The position numbers were made by a program, and so were the translations under genes. From NCBI GenBank assembly GCA_028287745.1, contig JAQBPB010000014.1, forward strand, positions 39,176-103,175: DNA of 64,000 bases, written 5' to 3'. The notes under the pieces were generated by a model. That model saw nothing but the letters and a program-made list of their open reading frames with translations. It was not told where the DNA came from and did no database searches. The DNA is from Chloroflexota bacterium (lineage in GTDB: Bacteria > Chloroflexota > Chloroflexia > Chloroheliales > Chloroheliaceae). Shown here piece after piece: positions 39,716 to 50,493 of this stretch; position 1 is the first letter of the stretch; each line of letters opens with the position of its first letter.

Positions 39716-41110
39716 ATGTCAGGCGATACCACACAAGAAATTACTAATACGCCAACACCCGCCGATGTTACAATGGATACCATTGTTTCCCTGTGCAAGC
39801 GGCGCGGTTTTGTCTTTCCTTCGGCCGAAATCTATGGCGGTTTCGGCAGCACCTACGATTACGGCCCGTTAGGAGTCGAGTTGCTCCGCAATGTCCGCAA
39901 CCTGTGGTGGAAATCAATGGTCCAACTGCGCGATGACGTGGTCGGGCTGGAAGCTTCCATATTAGGCCCGGAGAAAGTTTACGTTGCCAGCGGTCACGTT
40001 GCCAATTTCTCCGACCCGCTGGTGGATTGCAAGAGCTGCAAGCGCCGCTGGCGGCTCGACCACCTGGAAGAAGGCCACTACGAGGCCGAATATGGTCCGA
40101 CTAAACGCAACCCGAAGGGCGAGATTATTTGTCCGGCCTGCGGCGGCGAGTTGAGCGAACCGCGCAAGTTCAACCTGATGTTCAAGACCAGGGTCGGTGT
40201 GACCGAGGACAGTTCTTCGGTGGCTTACCTGCGGCCGGAAACCGCCCAGGGTATGTTTATTAACTACGCCAATGTCCAGACCTCGACCAGCCGGAAGCTG
40301 CCTTTTGGTATTGCTCAAATTGGTAAAAGTTTCCGCAACGAAATTACCCCCGGTAACTTCGTCTTCCGCACCCGCGAGTTCGAGCAGATGGAAATGGAGT
40401 TCTTCGTCAAGCCAGGCACCGACGACGAATGGCACGATTACTGGGTCAAAGAACGCTATAACTGGTATTTGAACCTGGGAATCACGCCGGACCGCTTGCG
40501 CCTGCGGCCTCACGCCAAGGACGAATTATCCTTCTACTCCAAGGCTACCAGCGACGTCGAGTATCTTTTCCCCTGGGGTTGGGGCGAACTGGAAGGCATT
40601 GCCAACCGGACCAATTACGACCTTAGCCAGCATGCCGAACACAGCGGCAAAGACCTGAGCTACTTTGACGAGGAAAACAAGGAGCGGATTGTCCCGTTTG
40701 TAATCGAACCGGCGGCGGGTGTCACCCGGACGGCCCTGACCTTCTTGATTGACGCCTATCACGAGGAAGTCGTTAACAACGAAAAGCGGGTTGTCCTGCG
40801 CTTCCACAAAGATATTGCGCCGGTTAAGATCGCGGTCCTGCCGCTCTCCAAGAAGGAAGCCCTTTCCAGTCTCTCCAAAGAGATTGCCAGGAAGCTCCGG
40901 CCGCGCTGGATGACCATGTACGATGAAACCCAGGCTATCGGCAAGCGGTACCGGCGGCAGGATGAAATCGGCACGCCTTACTGCATTACGGTTGACTTCG
41001 ACAGCCTCGAAGACAACGCCGTAACCATCCGCGAACGCGACTCCATGACCCAGGTGCGGGTACCTATTGATGACCTGGTCCGGGTGATGTCTGAAAAGCT
41101 GGATGGTTAA
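39716..41110 (+). CDS. glyQS: Glycine--tRNA ligase, homodimeric type
   Basis: SLCKRRGFVFPSAEIYGG, YLRPETAQG, FRNEITP, REFEQME, IEPAAG and RRQDEIGTP. Confidence 0.97.
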   Translation: MSGDTTQEITNTPTPADVTMDTIVSLCKRRGFVFPSAEIYGGFGSTYDYGPLGVELLRNVRNLWWKSMVQLRDDVVGLEASILGPEKVYVASGHVANFSDPLVDCKSCKRRWRLDHLEEGHYEAEYGPTKRNPKGEIICPACGGELSEPRKFNLMFKTRVGVTEDSSSVAYLRPETAQGMFINYANVQTSTSRKLPFGIAQIGKSFRNEITPGNFVFRTREFEQMEMEFFVKPGTDDEWHDYWVKERYNWYLNLGITPDRLRLRPHAKDELSFYSKATSDVEYLFPWGWGELEGIANRTNYDLSQHAEHSGKDLSYFDEENKERIVPFVIEPAAGVTRTALTFLIDAYHEEVVNNEKRVVLRFHKDIAPVKIAVLPLSKKEALSSLSKEIARKLRPRWMTMYDETQAIGKRYRRQDEIGTPYCITVDFDSLEDNAVTIRERDSMTQVRVPIDDLVRVMSEKLDG

Positions 41111-41115
41111 GAAAG

Positions 41116-41535
41116 AGTAGTCAGAGGGGAAGCAGGAGAAGTAGGGAGCATTAAGAAGTTTGGGAGGGAGTAGGAGAAATAGCCTGTAGTTAGCAGGTGG
41201 TGGTTGGTAGATTTTGGGTATACTTGAAGGGTCGTATCCCGGAGATTAGCCGGCCACCCCTCTAAAAGTTATGGTCAAAACCATTTCATGAGTATTAGCC
41301 ACCGGCTACCTACTGCCCCCTACTTTCTTACTTCCTACTACCTTCTAATATCTAGCCGGTACCTTCTGACCTTAGCTCATAGGAACCGGCTAACACCTGT
41401 TAACTTCTGCCCATTGATTACTGATTACTGACTACCTGATACTACTAACGCATCTACCGTACGCGGACTCTCTCATAGTCCCGACAACCAACCATCAACT
41501 ACTTCGTACCAACTGACTACTGACCTCTGACTACT
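41116..41535. repeat. Intergenic low-complexity element with CTGACTA-type heptamer tandems and 12-bp terminal inverted repeats
   Basis: AGTAGTCAGAGG (41116-27) is the reverse complement of CCTCTGACTACT (41524-35). Heptamer runs occur at 41414-34 and 41513-40. Confidence 0.6.
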
Positions 41536-41558
41536 GACAACTTCCAACGAGGTAAAAA

Positions 41559-42371
41559 ATGTATCTCTTCCTGGTAAGGCACGGACAATCGGTCTGGAAC
41601 GCTGAAGAGCGTCACCAGGGGTGGCAGGATGTGCCGCTATCGCCGCTGGGCGAATTGCAAGCCGAACGAATAGGCCAGCGCCTGAAGGACCAGCCTTTTG
41701 ACTACAGCTTTAGCAGCCCGATTTACCGCTGCTATCAAACGGCGGCGGCAATTGTCCGGGCGAAGGGCCTGGAGCCTGAAACCACTTTGCAGAAGCTCGA
41801 AGGCTTGAAAGAAGCCCGCCTGAGCGCCCGCCTGGAAGGGGTCTTTAGCAAAGAGCTGACCAAAACCTGGACCAAAGAACAAAAAGAACGCTTTCGGGAC
41901 GACTACACCTTTAAGTTTGACGACGGCGAGTCGGTCCAGGAAGTGATGGCGCGGACGATACAGGTCTTTACCGAAATTGCCATGCTTAGCGAAGAAGCGC
42001 CTCCCGAACCACCCCAGGAAAGCGATGACGCGGCGGAAGTCGGAGCGGCCTCGCGGGATGTTGTCCGGGCCGGTTCGCCTGAAACGGATACCCAGCAGCA
42101 GGCCACCGAAAGGCCCAAAATAATCCCTAAAACCGCCCTGATAGTCACTCACTGCATCAATGTCCAGCTTATGGTCCTGCATGCCCTGAACGCGACCGAT
42201 ACCGTCGTCAAACGCCAGACCAACATTGACCGGCTTCAAATCGGGAACTGTTCGTTGAGTGTTATTGAGGTAAATCTCAAGGGCAAAGAACCTTTCTTCC
42301 GGCTGCTTTCCTCTAACGATGTCACCCACCTGGCCGGGTTAAAAGCTCCCGCCGCCCCGGAAAATAAATAA
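41559..42371 (+). CDS. Histidine phosphatase (phosphoglycerate-mutase family)
   Basis: LVRHGQSVWN, DVPLSPLGELQA, SSPIYRCYQTA, VTH and NCSLS; contains an acidic internal insertion. Confidence 0.9.
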   Translation: MYLFLVRHGQSVWNAEERHQGWQDVPLSPLGELQAERIGQRLKDQPFDYSFSSPIYRCYQTAAAIVRAKGLEPETTLQKLEGLKEARLSARLEGVFSKELTKTWTKEQKERFRDDYTFKFDDGESVQEVMARTIQVFTEIAMLSEEAPPEPPQESDDAAEVGAASRDVVRAGSPETDTQQQATERPKIIPKTALIVTHCINVQLMVLHALNATDTVVKRQTNIDRLQIGNCSLSVIEVNLKGKEPFFRLLSSNDVTHLAGLKAPAAPENK

Positions 42372-42385
42372 ATTGTCGTAACTGT

Positions 42386-42416
42386 AAAAGGCGGGTTTGG
42401 ATTGCCCGCCTTTTTT
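42386..42416 (+). terminator. Intrinsic terminator
   Basis: GGCGGG / CCCGCC stem followed by T6. Confidence 0.8.
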
Positions 42417-42505
42417 GCTTGTGGTAAACTTCACATATCTAAACTCTAGGCAGTACTTAGGCTAGTAATAAAACAGCTAAGCCAGTAATTGAAGGTGAAT
42501 AAGCT

Positions 42506-44152
42506 ATGTCAACGGAGAACACTAGCAGTTCCGGCCCGGCCCTTAACCCGGAGGCCAATTCGCGCTCCGGGGCGAGTAACACTGCTCCCGGCCCTGTTTC
42601 GGCTTCAACCGAGTCCAAAATTGAGCAGTTGCGCCGGATACGGCAGCAGGCCCAGCTTGGCGGCGGTCAGAAACGAATTGATGCACAACACGCTAAAGGC
42701 AAGCTGACTGCCCGCGAGCGCATCGAAATTCTGCTAGACGAGAATTCTTTTGTAGAACTTGACGCATTTGTAACACACCGCAGCAGCGACTTTGGGCTGG
42801 GCGAGCAGAAGTTTATGGGTGATGGCGTAGTAACCGGCTACGGCAAGATTGAAGGCCGTCTGGTCTTTGTCTTTTCGCAGGACTTCACGGTTTTTGGCGG
42901 CTCTCTCTCCGAAACCCACGCCGAGAAAATTGTCAAAATTATGGACCTGGCGGTAAAAAATGGCGCCCCGGTCTTTGGCCTGAACGACAGCGGCGGCGCT
43001 CGCATCCAGGAAGGGGTCCTTTCGCTGGGCGGTTACGCCGATATTTTCTTGAAAAATGTGCTGGCCAGCGGGGTAGTCCCCCAGATATCAGCTATTCTTG
43101 GCCCTTGCGCCGGTGGGGCGGTCTATTCCCCGGCCATGACCGATTTTATCCTGATGGTCAAAGATACCTCGCATATGTTTGTGACCGGCCCGAACGTGGT
43201 CAAGACCGTCACCCATGAGGATGTCAGTTTCGAAGACCTGGGCGGGGCAATGATTCATAACAGCACCAGCGGGGTTGCCCACTTCGCCACGGAAAATGAA
43301 GAACAGTGCCTTTTGACCGCCCGCCAGCTTTTCAGCTTCATGCCTTCTAACAACCTGGAAGACCCGCCTTTACTGCCGACCCAGGACCCTCCGACCCGGC
43401 GGGACGAAGAACTCAATTCGATTGTCCCGGCGCAGCCGAGCAAAAGCTACGATATGCGAGAGGTTATTCACCGCATCGTGGATGACGGCCAGTTTTTGGA
43501 GGTCCAGGAGCATTTCGCCGGAAATATTATTATAGGCTTTGCCCGGTTGGGCGGCCGCAGCGTCGGTATTGTAGCCCAGAACCCGGCGGTCCTGGCCGGG
43601 GTGCTGGATATTAACAGCGCCGATAAGGGCGCTCGCTTTGTGCGGTTCTGCGACTGCTTTAATATTCCGATTGTCACCCTGGTGGACGTACCGGGCTTCT
43701 TGCCGGGGGTTTCCCAGGAACACGGCGGCATCATCCGGCACGGGGCCAAGTTGCTATATGCTTACTGCGAGGCGACCGTCCCTAAAGTAACCGTGATTAC
43801 TCGCAAGGCTTACGGCGGTGCTTATGATGTTATGAGCAGCAAGCACGTCCGGGGCGACATTAACTTTGCCTGGCCGACCGCTGAAATAGCCGTGATGGGC
43901 GTGGATGGGGCCGTCAATATTATCTTCAAGGACCAGATCGAAAAGAGCGATAATGCTGAAGAAACCCGCAAGCGCCTGGTAGCCGAGTATACCGAGAAAT
44001 TCGCCAACCCTTACGTGGCGGCGGCGCGAGGCTTCATTGATGACATTATCGAGCCAAGGGACACCCGGCCCCGGCTTATTTCGGCTCTGGAGATGCTCAA
44101 AAACAAGCGCGATACTAACCCGCCCAAAAAGCATGGTAATATTCCGCTCTAA
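42506..44152 (+). CDS. pccB: Acyl-CoA (propionyl/methylmalonyl/acetyl-CoA) carboxyltransferase subunit
   Basis: [42 protein letters not shown] and KKHGNIPL. Confidence 0.93.
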   Translation: MSTENTSSSGPALNPEANSRSGASNTAPGPVSASTESKIEQLRRIRQQAQLGGGQKRIDAQHAKGKLTARERIEILLDENSFVELDAFVTHRSSDFGLGEQKFMGDGVVTGYGKIEGRLVFVFSQDFTVFGGSLSETHAEKIVKIMDLAVKNGAPVFGLNDSGGARIQEGVLSLGGYADIFLKNVLASGVVPQISAILGPCAGGAVYSPAMTDFILMVKDTSHMFVTGPNVVKTVTHEDVSFEDLGGAMIHNSTSGVAHFATENEEQCLLTARQLFSFMPSNNLEDPPLLPTQDPPTRRDEELNSIVPAQPSKSYDMREVIHRIVDDGQFLEVQEHFAGNIIIGFARLGGRSVGIVAQNPAVLAGVLDINSADKGARFVRFCDCFNIPIVTLVDVPGFLPGVSQEHGGIIRHGAKLLYAYCEATVPKVTVITRKAYGGAYDVMSSKHVRGDINFAWPTAEIAVMGVDGAVNIIFKDQIEKSDNAEETRKRLVAEYTEKFANPYVAAARGFIDDIIEPRDTRPRLISALEMLKNKRDTNPPKKHGNIPL

Positions 44153-44211
44153 TTTGAAAGTTTTAATAAACTGGCTTTTTAGGCCCGGATTGTCAACGAG
44201 GACTGTTAAAA

Positions 44212-45771
44212 ATGTCTAAACTTACCCGAATTAAAAAGGTTTTGATTGCCAACCGGGGCGAGATCGCGCTGCGGGTTATCCGGGCTTGCCGGGACCTTGG
44301 TGTTAAAACGGTGGCGGTGTACAGCGAGGCCGACCGCAAGGCTTTGCACGTGCGCCAGGCCGATGAAGCCTACCTGTTGGGCCCGGCCCCTTCCAAAGAC
44401 AGCTACTTGCGCGGCGATAAAATTATCGAAATAGCTAAAAAAGCCGGGGCCGACGCCATTCACCCCGGCTACGGCTTCTTATCCGAAAGGGCCAATTTCG
44501 CCCAGGCCTGCCAGGACGCCGGTTTGATCTTTATTGGTCCTCCTCCCTCCGCTATCGAAGCGATGGGCGATAAGGTCCGCGCCAAGCAGATTGCCCGGGC
44601 CGCCGGGGTGCCGCTGGTGCCCGGCATTGACCAGGAAGCGGAGGATTGGCAGTCCGCCGCCGAAACCGCCGCCCGTATCGGCTACCCGGTCCTGATTAAA
44701 GCTTCCGCCGGGGGTGGCGGTAAAGGCATGCGGGTGGTCCGCAGCGCCGAGGAAATCCAGGGCGCTTTTGAGGCGGCCACGCGTGAGGCCAGCGGAGCTT
44801 TTGGTTACGGTGGCGTCTACCTGGAGAAGATGCTGGAGAACGTCAAGCACGTTGAGTTCCAGCTAATGGCCGATACGCATGGTAACGTGGTCTATATGGG
44901 CGAGCGCGAGAGCAGCTTGCAGCGCCGCAACCAGAAGCTGGTCGAAGAAGCTCCATCGCAGGCCCTGGACGATGAAATGCGCCAGGCCATGGGCCGTGTC
45001 GCCGTAGCGGCTGCCCGCGAGGTCGGCTATGTCAACGCCGGGACGATTGAGTTCCTGGTGACACAGGACCGCCAGTTTTACTTCATGGAAATGAATACCC
45101 GCCTCCAGGTCGAGCATCCGGTGACCGAATTGACTACCGGGCTGGACATCGTAGCCGAGCAACTGCGTATCGCCGATGGACAGCCTTTGAGTTTCCGGCA
45201 GGAAGATATCCAGTCCCGCGGCTGGTCCATCGAATGCCGTGTAACCGCGGAAGACCCTTTTAATAATTTCCTGCCTTCGGTCGGGACGGTGCGCCGGACG
45301 GTACCACCGACCGGGCCGGGGGTCCGGCTGGACAGCGCGGTTTACGATGGGTACGAGGTTTCGCTCTATTACGACCCGATGATTGCTAAACTGATTACCT
45401 GGGGCAGCAACCGGGAAGAAGCGATTGCCCGGATGGAACGCGCCCTGGAGGAATATCAGATTTTTGGCATTCACACCACCATTCCTTACCACCAGCAGTT
45501 GCTTGCCAGCGAACCGTTTCGCAGCGGCGACTTCTACACCACTTCGCTGGAAACTAACCCGGCTTTGAAGCCAGACCCGGCGGCTCGGACCGACCAGCGC
45601 GAACTGGCCGCGATTATGGCGGCCCTGTTTGTCGAGCAGCGCCAGGCAGCCGGGGCGGGTGGCGTTTCTGGCAAAAACGGTGTGTCCGGCAGCAATGCTG
45701 AAGGGAACACGGCTACTGAAAAAAATGCCTGGAAAGAATTTGGGCGGCACGAGATGCTGCGCCGGGTTTAA
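44212..45771 (+). CDS. accC: Biotin carboxylase
   Basis: LIANRGEIA, IHPGYGFLSE, GGGGKGMR and EMNTRLQVEHPVTE. Confidence 0.96.
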   Translation: MSKLTRIKKVLIANRGEIALRVIRACRDLGVKTVAVYSEADRKALHVRQADEAYLLGPAPSKDSYLRGDKIIEIAKKAGADAIHPGYGFLSERANFAQACQDAGLIFIGPPPSAIEAMGDKVRAKQIARAAGVPLVPGIDQEAEDWQSAAETAARIGYPVLIKASAGGGGKGMRVVRSAEEIQGAFEAATREASGAFGYGGVYLEKMLENVKHVEFQLMADTHGNVVYMGERESSLQRRNQKLVEEAPSQALDDEMRQAMGRVAVAAAREVGYVNAGTIEFLVTQDRQFYFMEMNTRLQVEHPVTELTTGLDIVAEQLRIADGQPLSFRQEDIQSRGWSIECRVTAEDPFNNFLPSVGTVRRTVPPTGPGVRLDSAVYDGYEVSLYYDPMIAKLITWGSNREEAIARMERALEEYQIFGIHTTIPYHQQLLASEPFRSGDFYTTSLETNPALKPDPAARTDQRELAAIMAALFVEQRQAAGAGGVSGKNGVSGSNAEGNTATEKNAWKEFGRHEMLRRV

Positions 45772-45800
45772 CATGACCTGGGAGCTAAGGGAAAATTAAA

Positions 45801-46319
45801 ATGCTCTATTATTCTCAGATTGACGGCGACAGTCTCAAAGTTGAGATTTACACCGACCCGGAAGGGGCCACCCACGTAAAGCTGCCGGACGGCCGGGAAA
45901 TGCAGGTGGACTTCCAACCGGCCCTGGGCGAAGACCTCTTTTCGGTGATGGTTGACCACCAGTCGCACCAGGTCCATATTGAGCCGGGTGAAAACCGGGG
46001 CGAATATGAAGTAACCCTGGATGGACAGGTCTATCTGGTAAACGTCGAAACCGAACGGCAGCACCGCCTTAATGCCCTGGCTCCACGCCAGAACCTGCAA
46101 AGTGGTGAAATACAAATAAAAGCGCCCATGCCGGGCCTGGTTTCGATTGTTGCGGTGGAGGTGGGCCAGGCCGTAGAACAGGGCCAGCGCATCGTGATTC
46201 TTGAAGCCATGAAGATGGAAAACGAACTGCGCGCTCCCCGGGCCGGTACGGTCAAGGCGGTCAACGTCCAACCCGGCCAGACCGTCGAGCAAAACAAGGT
46301 TCTGGCCGTAATCGAGTAA
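45801..46319 (+). CDS. Biotin carboxyl carrier protein
   Basis: APMPG and EAMKMENE biotinylation motif. Confidence 0.95.
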   Translation: MLYYSQIDGDSLKVEIYTDPEGATHVKLPDGREMQVDFQPALGEDLFSVMVDHQSHQVHIEPGENRGEYEVTLDGQVYLVNVETERQHRLNALAPRQNLQSGEIQIKAPMPGLVSIVAVEVGQAVEQGQRIVILEAMKMENELRAPRAGTVKAVNVQPGQTVEQNKVLAVIE

Positions 46320-46350
46320 TTCGCCTGGACAATTAGTAGCCGGACAAGAT

Positions 46351-46394
46351 AAAAGAGGCACCTGGTAAAGCTAAATTACCGGGTGCCTCTTTTT
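46351..46394. terminator. Bidirectional terminator
   Basis: AAAAGAGGCACCTGGTAA / TTACCGGGTGCCTCTTTT. Confidence 0.88.
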
Positions 46395-46409
46395 AACCGT
46401 CAAAAACTT

Positions 46410-49400
46410 CTAGGCGGGGGTTTGTTTGACTGCTTTTACACAGTTCAATTTATTGCCTCCGCTGTTAGCCACAATTTGCTTGCCCTTGAAGTTTGTGACT
46501 GTAATATTCTTTACCTGGGAACCGTTCAAGGTCAGGCCGTCCACGCTGGCGTTTGTGCCTGAGCCATCCAGGATAACCGGATTATTACAATCGACCCCAT
46601 CAAGGTTAACCCCGGCCGGCACCGGGATTTTCATGAAGCCATCGCCGATTACCTTTATGGTGCGCGTGCCGGGCAATTCAAAGAAAATTGTAATTTTGGA
46701 GTTGGCCGGTATTTTGGCTAACGCATACGAAAGCGTGCCGCAGATTGTGGCAGTCCCGTCGTCAGTAGCCACATTAATATAGCTGATGTCACACGGCGGC
46801 GGCTGTGAACAGTTGTAAGAAACCGGTGAGGAAATCTCTAATGTCCAGCTATTTAGAGTGCCGCCATCCATATTTGCGCCGTCCGAAACTTCCAGCTTCC
46901 AGTTACCATTGGCAGCCTTCCCGATGAAGGCTGAAAGTGGCTGGGTTGGTTTGAACTCTCCGCTGAAAGGCGGTGTACCGCTGGCAATCGGGGCCGCAGC
47001 GGTATCGTCAAAGACGGTATCCGTATAATTATCGCCGTTGCCGCCGTTATTTTGGGTTAGAATAACGGTTGTGCCATCCGGACCAATCAGGGCTAAAGTT
47101 AAGTCCGCGTCGAAAGTATGGCTGATATTAACTTTAACCCGCACCTTACCAATTGGGCCGTTACTGTTAACAGGTATGGTGGAAGTTATGATTGGCGTTC
47201 CGACTTCACTGATAAGTTGCGGTGTATCGGCCGCATTGTAAGCAGTGGTTGACACTACCGGCTCGCCCAGTTTGAGTGTAATGTTATAACTCTGGGTACT
47301 ACCATTGTTATAAGTAAAAGTATGCGTCAGGCTGATATCTATGCCGCAACCCAGGCCGGGATCACTGGTAAACCTGTAATAAAACACGATATTGGTAACG
47401 GTTGCGCCCGCCGCAATATCGCCATAATTACTCGTACTGCTTGTAACGGTGACGCCCGGAGTATTGCTGGTTAGGGTTCCTACCACACCATTGGCCGCAA
47501 CATTCCCGTTGTTAATAATCCCGATAGTCAGCCGGACGTTTTCACCCGGCTCAGGATAGTTATCGCCATCGCCACCGCTCACTTTTAAGCTAACCTGTCC
47601 TAAAATCGGTGCGGGTGGCACTTCGTTGCTATTATAAATGACCAGGGCGAAATCCTGGTCAAGCGCGGTGGCGTTGTCAGGCACGCCGTCACCCGCCAGG
47701 TTAGCCGCGACCACTCGTACCGAGAATGTTCCGGTAATCCCCGCTGGTAAAAAGATACTCTCTACGTTATTTTTAAGGTCGGAAGCGCCGCCTGTCACGG
47801 AATTGCTACCGCTAAAAACGTTGCCTTTGTAGATTTGGCCGTTGATAGTCAGCTCTAAATCAAGGTTGTTGACATAACTATCGCCGGTAGTTGCGCCGGG
47901 AGCATCGGACCAGGCTAAAGTTACCCTGAACGGTTTGGTGCTGTCGACAACCGTGCCGACGCGGGAATACTGTTCGCCAGTAGTCGTAAACACCTTGCTC
48001 TGGTCGGTGAGGTCGCGCTGGACACCATCGAATATCCCGCCCAGGTTAAGGTTGCCCCAACCCTGGTTATTGCTGGGTAAAGTATCGCCGGTTTCGAAAC
48101 CGTTCAGGTAACGCGGCGAGTTCAGCATCAAAGCTTTGGCCATGGCCGGGCTTGGCACCGGGTTCAGGGTCTGCGTGGGCGCTTTGCTGGGGGCCAGGAC
48201 CCGGGCATAGTAGTTGTAGAGCAGGCTCATGCCGCCTGCCACTGCCGGGGCGGAGTGGCTGGTGCCGCTGGACCATGTATAGAGGGTCTGGGAGATAGTT
48301 TGCCCGGCCGGTTGCGAAATGTTTGGGTAGTATTTTTTGTCACCGGCACTGGCCCCGCAAACACCGGTCCCATTGTACCCGGCCGCCTGAGAGGCCGGAC
48401 CCTGGATGTGGATACCCGGCGCGACAATATCCGGTTTAATCCGGCCGTCCTTGGTCGGGCCACGTGACGAAAAGTCGGCCATATCGGCGGCATTATCGGC
48501 GTCACTTTTGCCGCAGCCGTCCATAATGCCATGGTCGCGTACATTTTCGGTAGCTCCAACGGTCAGCACATTTTTGGCTGTGCCGGGCGAACCAATCGTC
48601 ATTGCCCCTGATCCATCGTTACCGGCCGCAAAGACGTGCAGCATGGGTTGATTGCCCGCCACGGTGTAGGCTGCGTCACGGGTTAAGGCGTCATAAGCCT
48701 GGGCGGTAGCGTCATAGTTGCCGCCGGTCGGCGCGCCCCAGCTATTGGAGGTAATGGCGGCTCCGCTCTGGTAACTTTTAAGGACTACCTCGGCGTCACT
48801 ATTCCCACAATTGGTAATATCATAGGCACCGGTATTGTTAAAAATCTTGGTATGGGCCAGCGGGCCGAAGGGCGAGATACCTAATCCCCGGTTGAAGCCG
48901 TTCGCATCAACATAGGGTTGCCCGGCCTGGTTATTATAAGCGCCCACGATACCGGCATTCAGGTTGCCGTGACCGGCAACGCCATCGGCGGCAGGGTCAC
49001 CGGTACAGTTGACAGTGGCAACAACCCGGCTGGTGCCGTTGACTTTATCGCCTATGGTATAGAAATCGGGATGCGCCGGGCTGGTTGTGCCGTTATCTAA
49101 GCCGTCATCAACCACATCTACCACCGGGTAGTCCGCAGTGGTAGTGGGAAAGCCTTTAGAGGTCAGCCAGTCCAGGTAACCCGGGCCGCTTGGGACGACC
49201 AGGCCGTTGGTGGTAGTAACGTTTCCGGCGACAATCTGGCCCTGGGCTTCGTCCCGTTTTACCCTTTCGTGCCACTGTTCAATGTTAAAGACATCGGGCC
49301 ACTGCACAATATTATCTATTTCGTTAGAAGGCACTTCCAGGGTAATATTGGTGAACTTCAAAACCTGGGAAGGCATTTGAATGACCCGGCCCCCTATTTT

Positions 49401-50189
49401 CTGCAAACGCGACAGTGAAGCTTTTACCTGGCCTGTGTTGTAGAGCTGGACCGTAACTTTTACCGGGTTTCCGGTCTTACTATCCGGACGGTTTTTAAGC
49501 GCCGGGTCCAACCGGTAGTCGGTTTTATAAGGACCGGCCCATTGTAATTCGGTATCGCCGCTGGCGACCTGTTTATTTATCTGGTCAATCTGGGAACTGC
49601 CTGCCCAGATAACGTAGGCGTTGCTGGGCAGGTACATTACCGGGTCTACACCCAATTTTTTCAAACGGTCGAGCCATTCGGATTTAACCGGGCCGAAAAA
49701 TTGGATTATCCAGAACTGGGAGGTCGCGGCAAGCAGCCCGTTGTTACCGGGTGAGGGCGGTTGTTTGGTATCAATCGTGCCGGAGCGGACCCTGATCGTG
49801 TCAAATTCACCCGGCGTTTCCACGCTGCTTTTTTGTTTCAGGCTGTTCAAGCCGGGTTTATTCGACACCTTCCACAGGCTAAAGGAACCGTAATCGGCCA
49901 GCAAATAGCCGCCGTTTTTGGCGATATTATTAAGGGCGGCCCGGTCGGTGTTGTCCACCCGGATTTTGTTGTAGCCGGGCGCAAAATTAATACCGGGCGG
50001 TAAGGCGGTATTCGTAATTACCTGGGCCGAGTCGGCAGGTCCAGGATTGGTTTGGGTTGTATTTGTTTCTAATTTTGTAATTGCTGGTGCAGTATAACTC
50101 GTGGCCTGAGTTTGAAGTGGTAGTAGGTTTAAGCAGATAGTTATAATGAGCAGAATGTAAACAGGCTGGTTTACCGAAGGTTTTAGCAT
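46410..50189 (-). CDS. Secreted S8 subtilase with a proprotein-convertase P domain
   Basis: Signal peptide; catalytic D (VVDDG), H (GHG) and S (SGTSHSAP); FSSRGPTKDGRIKPDIVAPG; P domain ISHTFDADL...GNWKLEVSD. Confidence 0.92.
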   Translation of the reverse strand: MLKPSVNQPVYILLIITICLNLLPLQTQATSYTAPAITKLETNTTQTNPGPADSAQVITNTALPPGINFAPGYNKIRVDNTDRAALNNIAKNGGYLLADYGSFSLWKVSNKPGLNSLKQKSSVETPGEFDTIRVRSGTIDTKQPPSPGNNGLLAATSQFWIIQFFGPVKSEWLDRLKKLGVDPVMYLPSNAYVIWAGSSQIDQINKQVASGDTELQWAGPYKTDYRLDPALKNRPDSKTGNPVKVTVQLYNTGQVKASLSRLQKIGGRVIQMPSQVLKFTNITLEVPSNEIDNIVQWPDVFNIEQWHERVKRDEAQGQIVAGNVTTTNGLVVPSGPGYLDWLTSKGFPTTTADYPVVDVVDDGLDNGTTSPAHPDFYTIGDKVNGTSRVVATVNCTGDPAADGVAGHGNLNAGIVGAYNNQAGQPYVDANGFNRGLGISPFGPLAHTKIFNNTGAYDITNCGNSDAEVVLKSYQSGAAITSNSWGAPTGGNYDATAQAYDALTRDAAYTVAGNQPMLHVFAAGNDGSGAMTIGSPGTAKNVLTVGATENVRDHGIMDGCGKSDADNAADMADFSSRGPTKDGRIKPDIVAPGIHIQGPASQAAGYNGTGVCGASAGDKKYYPNISQPAGQTISQTLYTWSSGTSHSAPAVAGGMSLLYNYYARVLAPSKAPTQTLNPVPSPAMAKALMLNSPRYLNGFETGDTLPSNNQGWGNLNLGGIFDGVQRDLTDQSKVFTTTGEQYSRVGTVVDSTKPFRVTLAWSDAPGATTGDSYVNNLDLELTINGQIYKGNVFSGSNSVTGGASDLKNNVESIFLPAGITGTFSVRVVAANLAGDGVPDNATALDQDFALVIYNSNEVPPAPILGQVSLKVSGGDGDNYPEPGENVRLTIGIINNGNVAANGVVGTLTSNTPGVTVTSSTSNYGDIAAGATVTNIVFYYRFTSDPGLGCGIDISLTHTFTYNNGSTQSYNITLKLGEPVVSTTAYNAADTPQLISEVGTPIITSTIPVNSNGPIGKVRVKVNISHTFDADLTLALIGPDGTTVILTQNNGGNGDNYTDTVFDDTAAAPIASGTPPFSGEFKPTQPLSAFIGKAANGNWKLEVSDGANMDGGTLNSWTLEISSPVSYNCSQPPPCDISYINVATDDGTATICGTLSYALAKIPANSKITIFFELPGTRTIKVIGDGFMKIPVPAGVNLDGVDCNNPVILDGSGTNASVDGLTLNGSQVKNITVTNFKGKQIVANSGGNKLNCVKAVKQTPA

Positions 50190-50424
50190 GGCTTACGAAG
50201 CTCTCCAGTTGAATCTAATAAATAGGTTATCATTATAAATAATAAATCTCTCTTAAAAAATAGCTCTTTTTGGTAATATTATGTAGGAGTTTTAAATTTT
50301 AAGGTCAGGCTACATACCGCAACATAATAGCAAGTTCTTACCCTAAGTCAGGCAAATCGCTAAACATACCCAAAAATCTAATTTCTAAAATTCACAGGTA
50401 CACGGTGGTAAGGCAAACCGGGCT

Positions 50425-50474
50425 AACAATAAGGGTTGAACTTCTGTTTGATTAGAAGTTCAACCCTTATTGTT
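50425..50474. terminator. Terminator downstream of uvrA
   Basis: Perfect 21-bp inverted repeat, 50425-45 / 50454-74. Confidence 0.85.
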
Positions 50475-50493
50475 AATAGGCTACAACCGGGAA

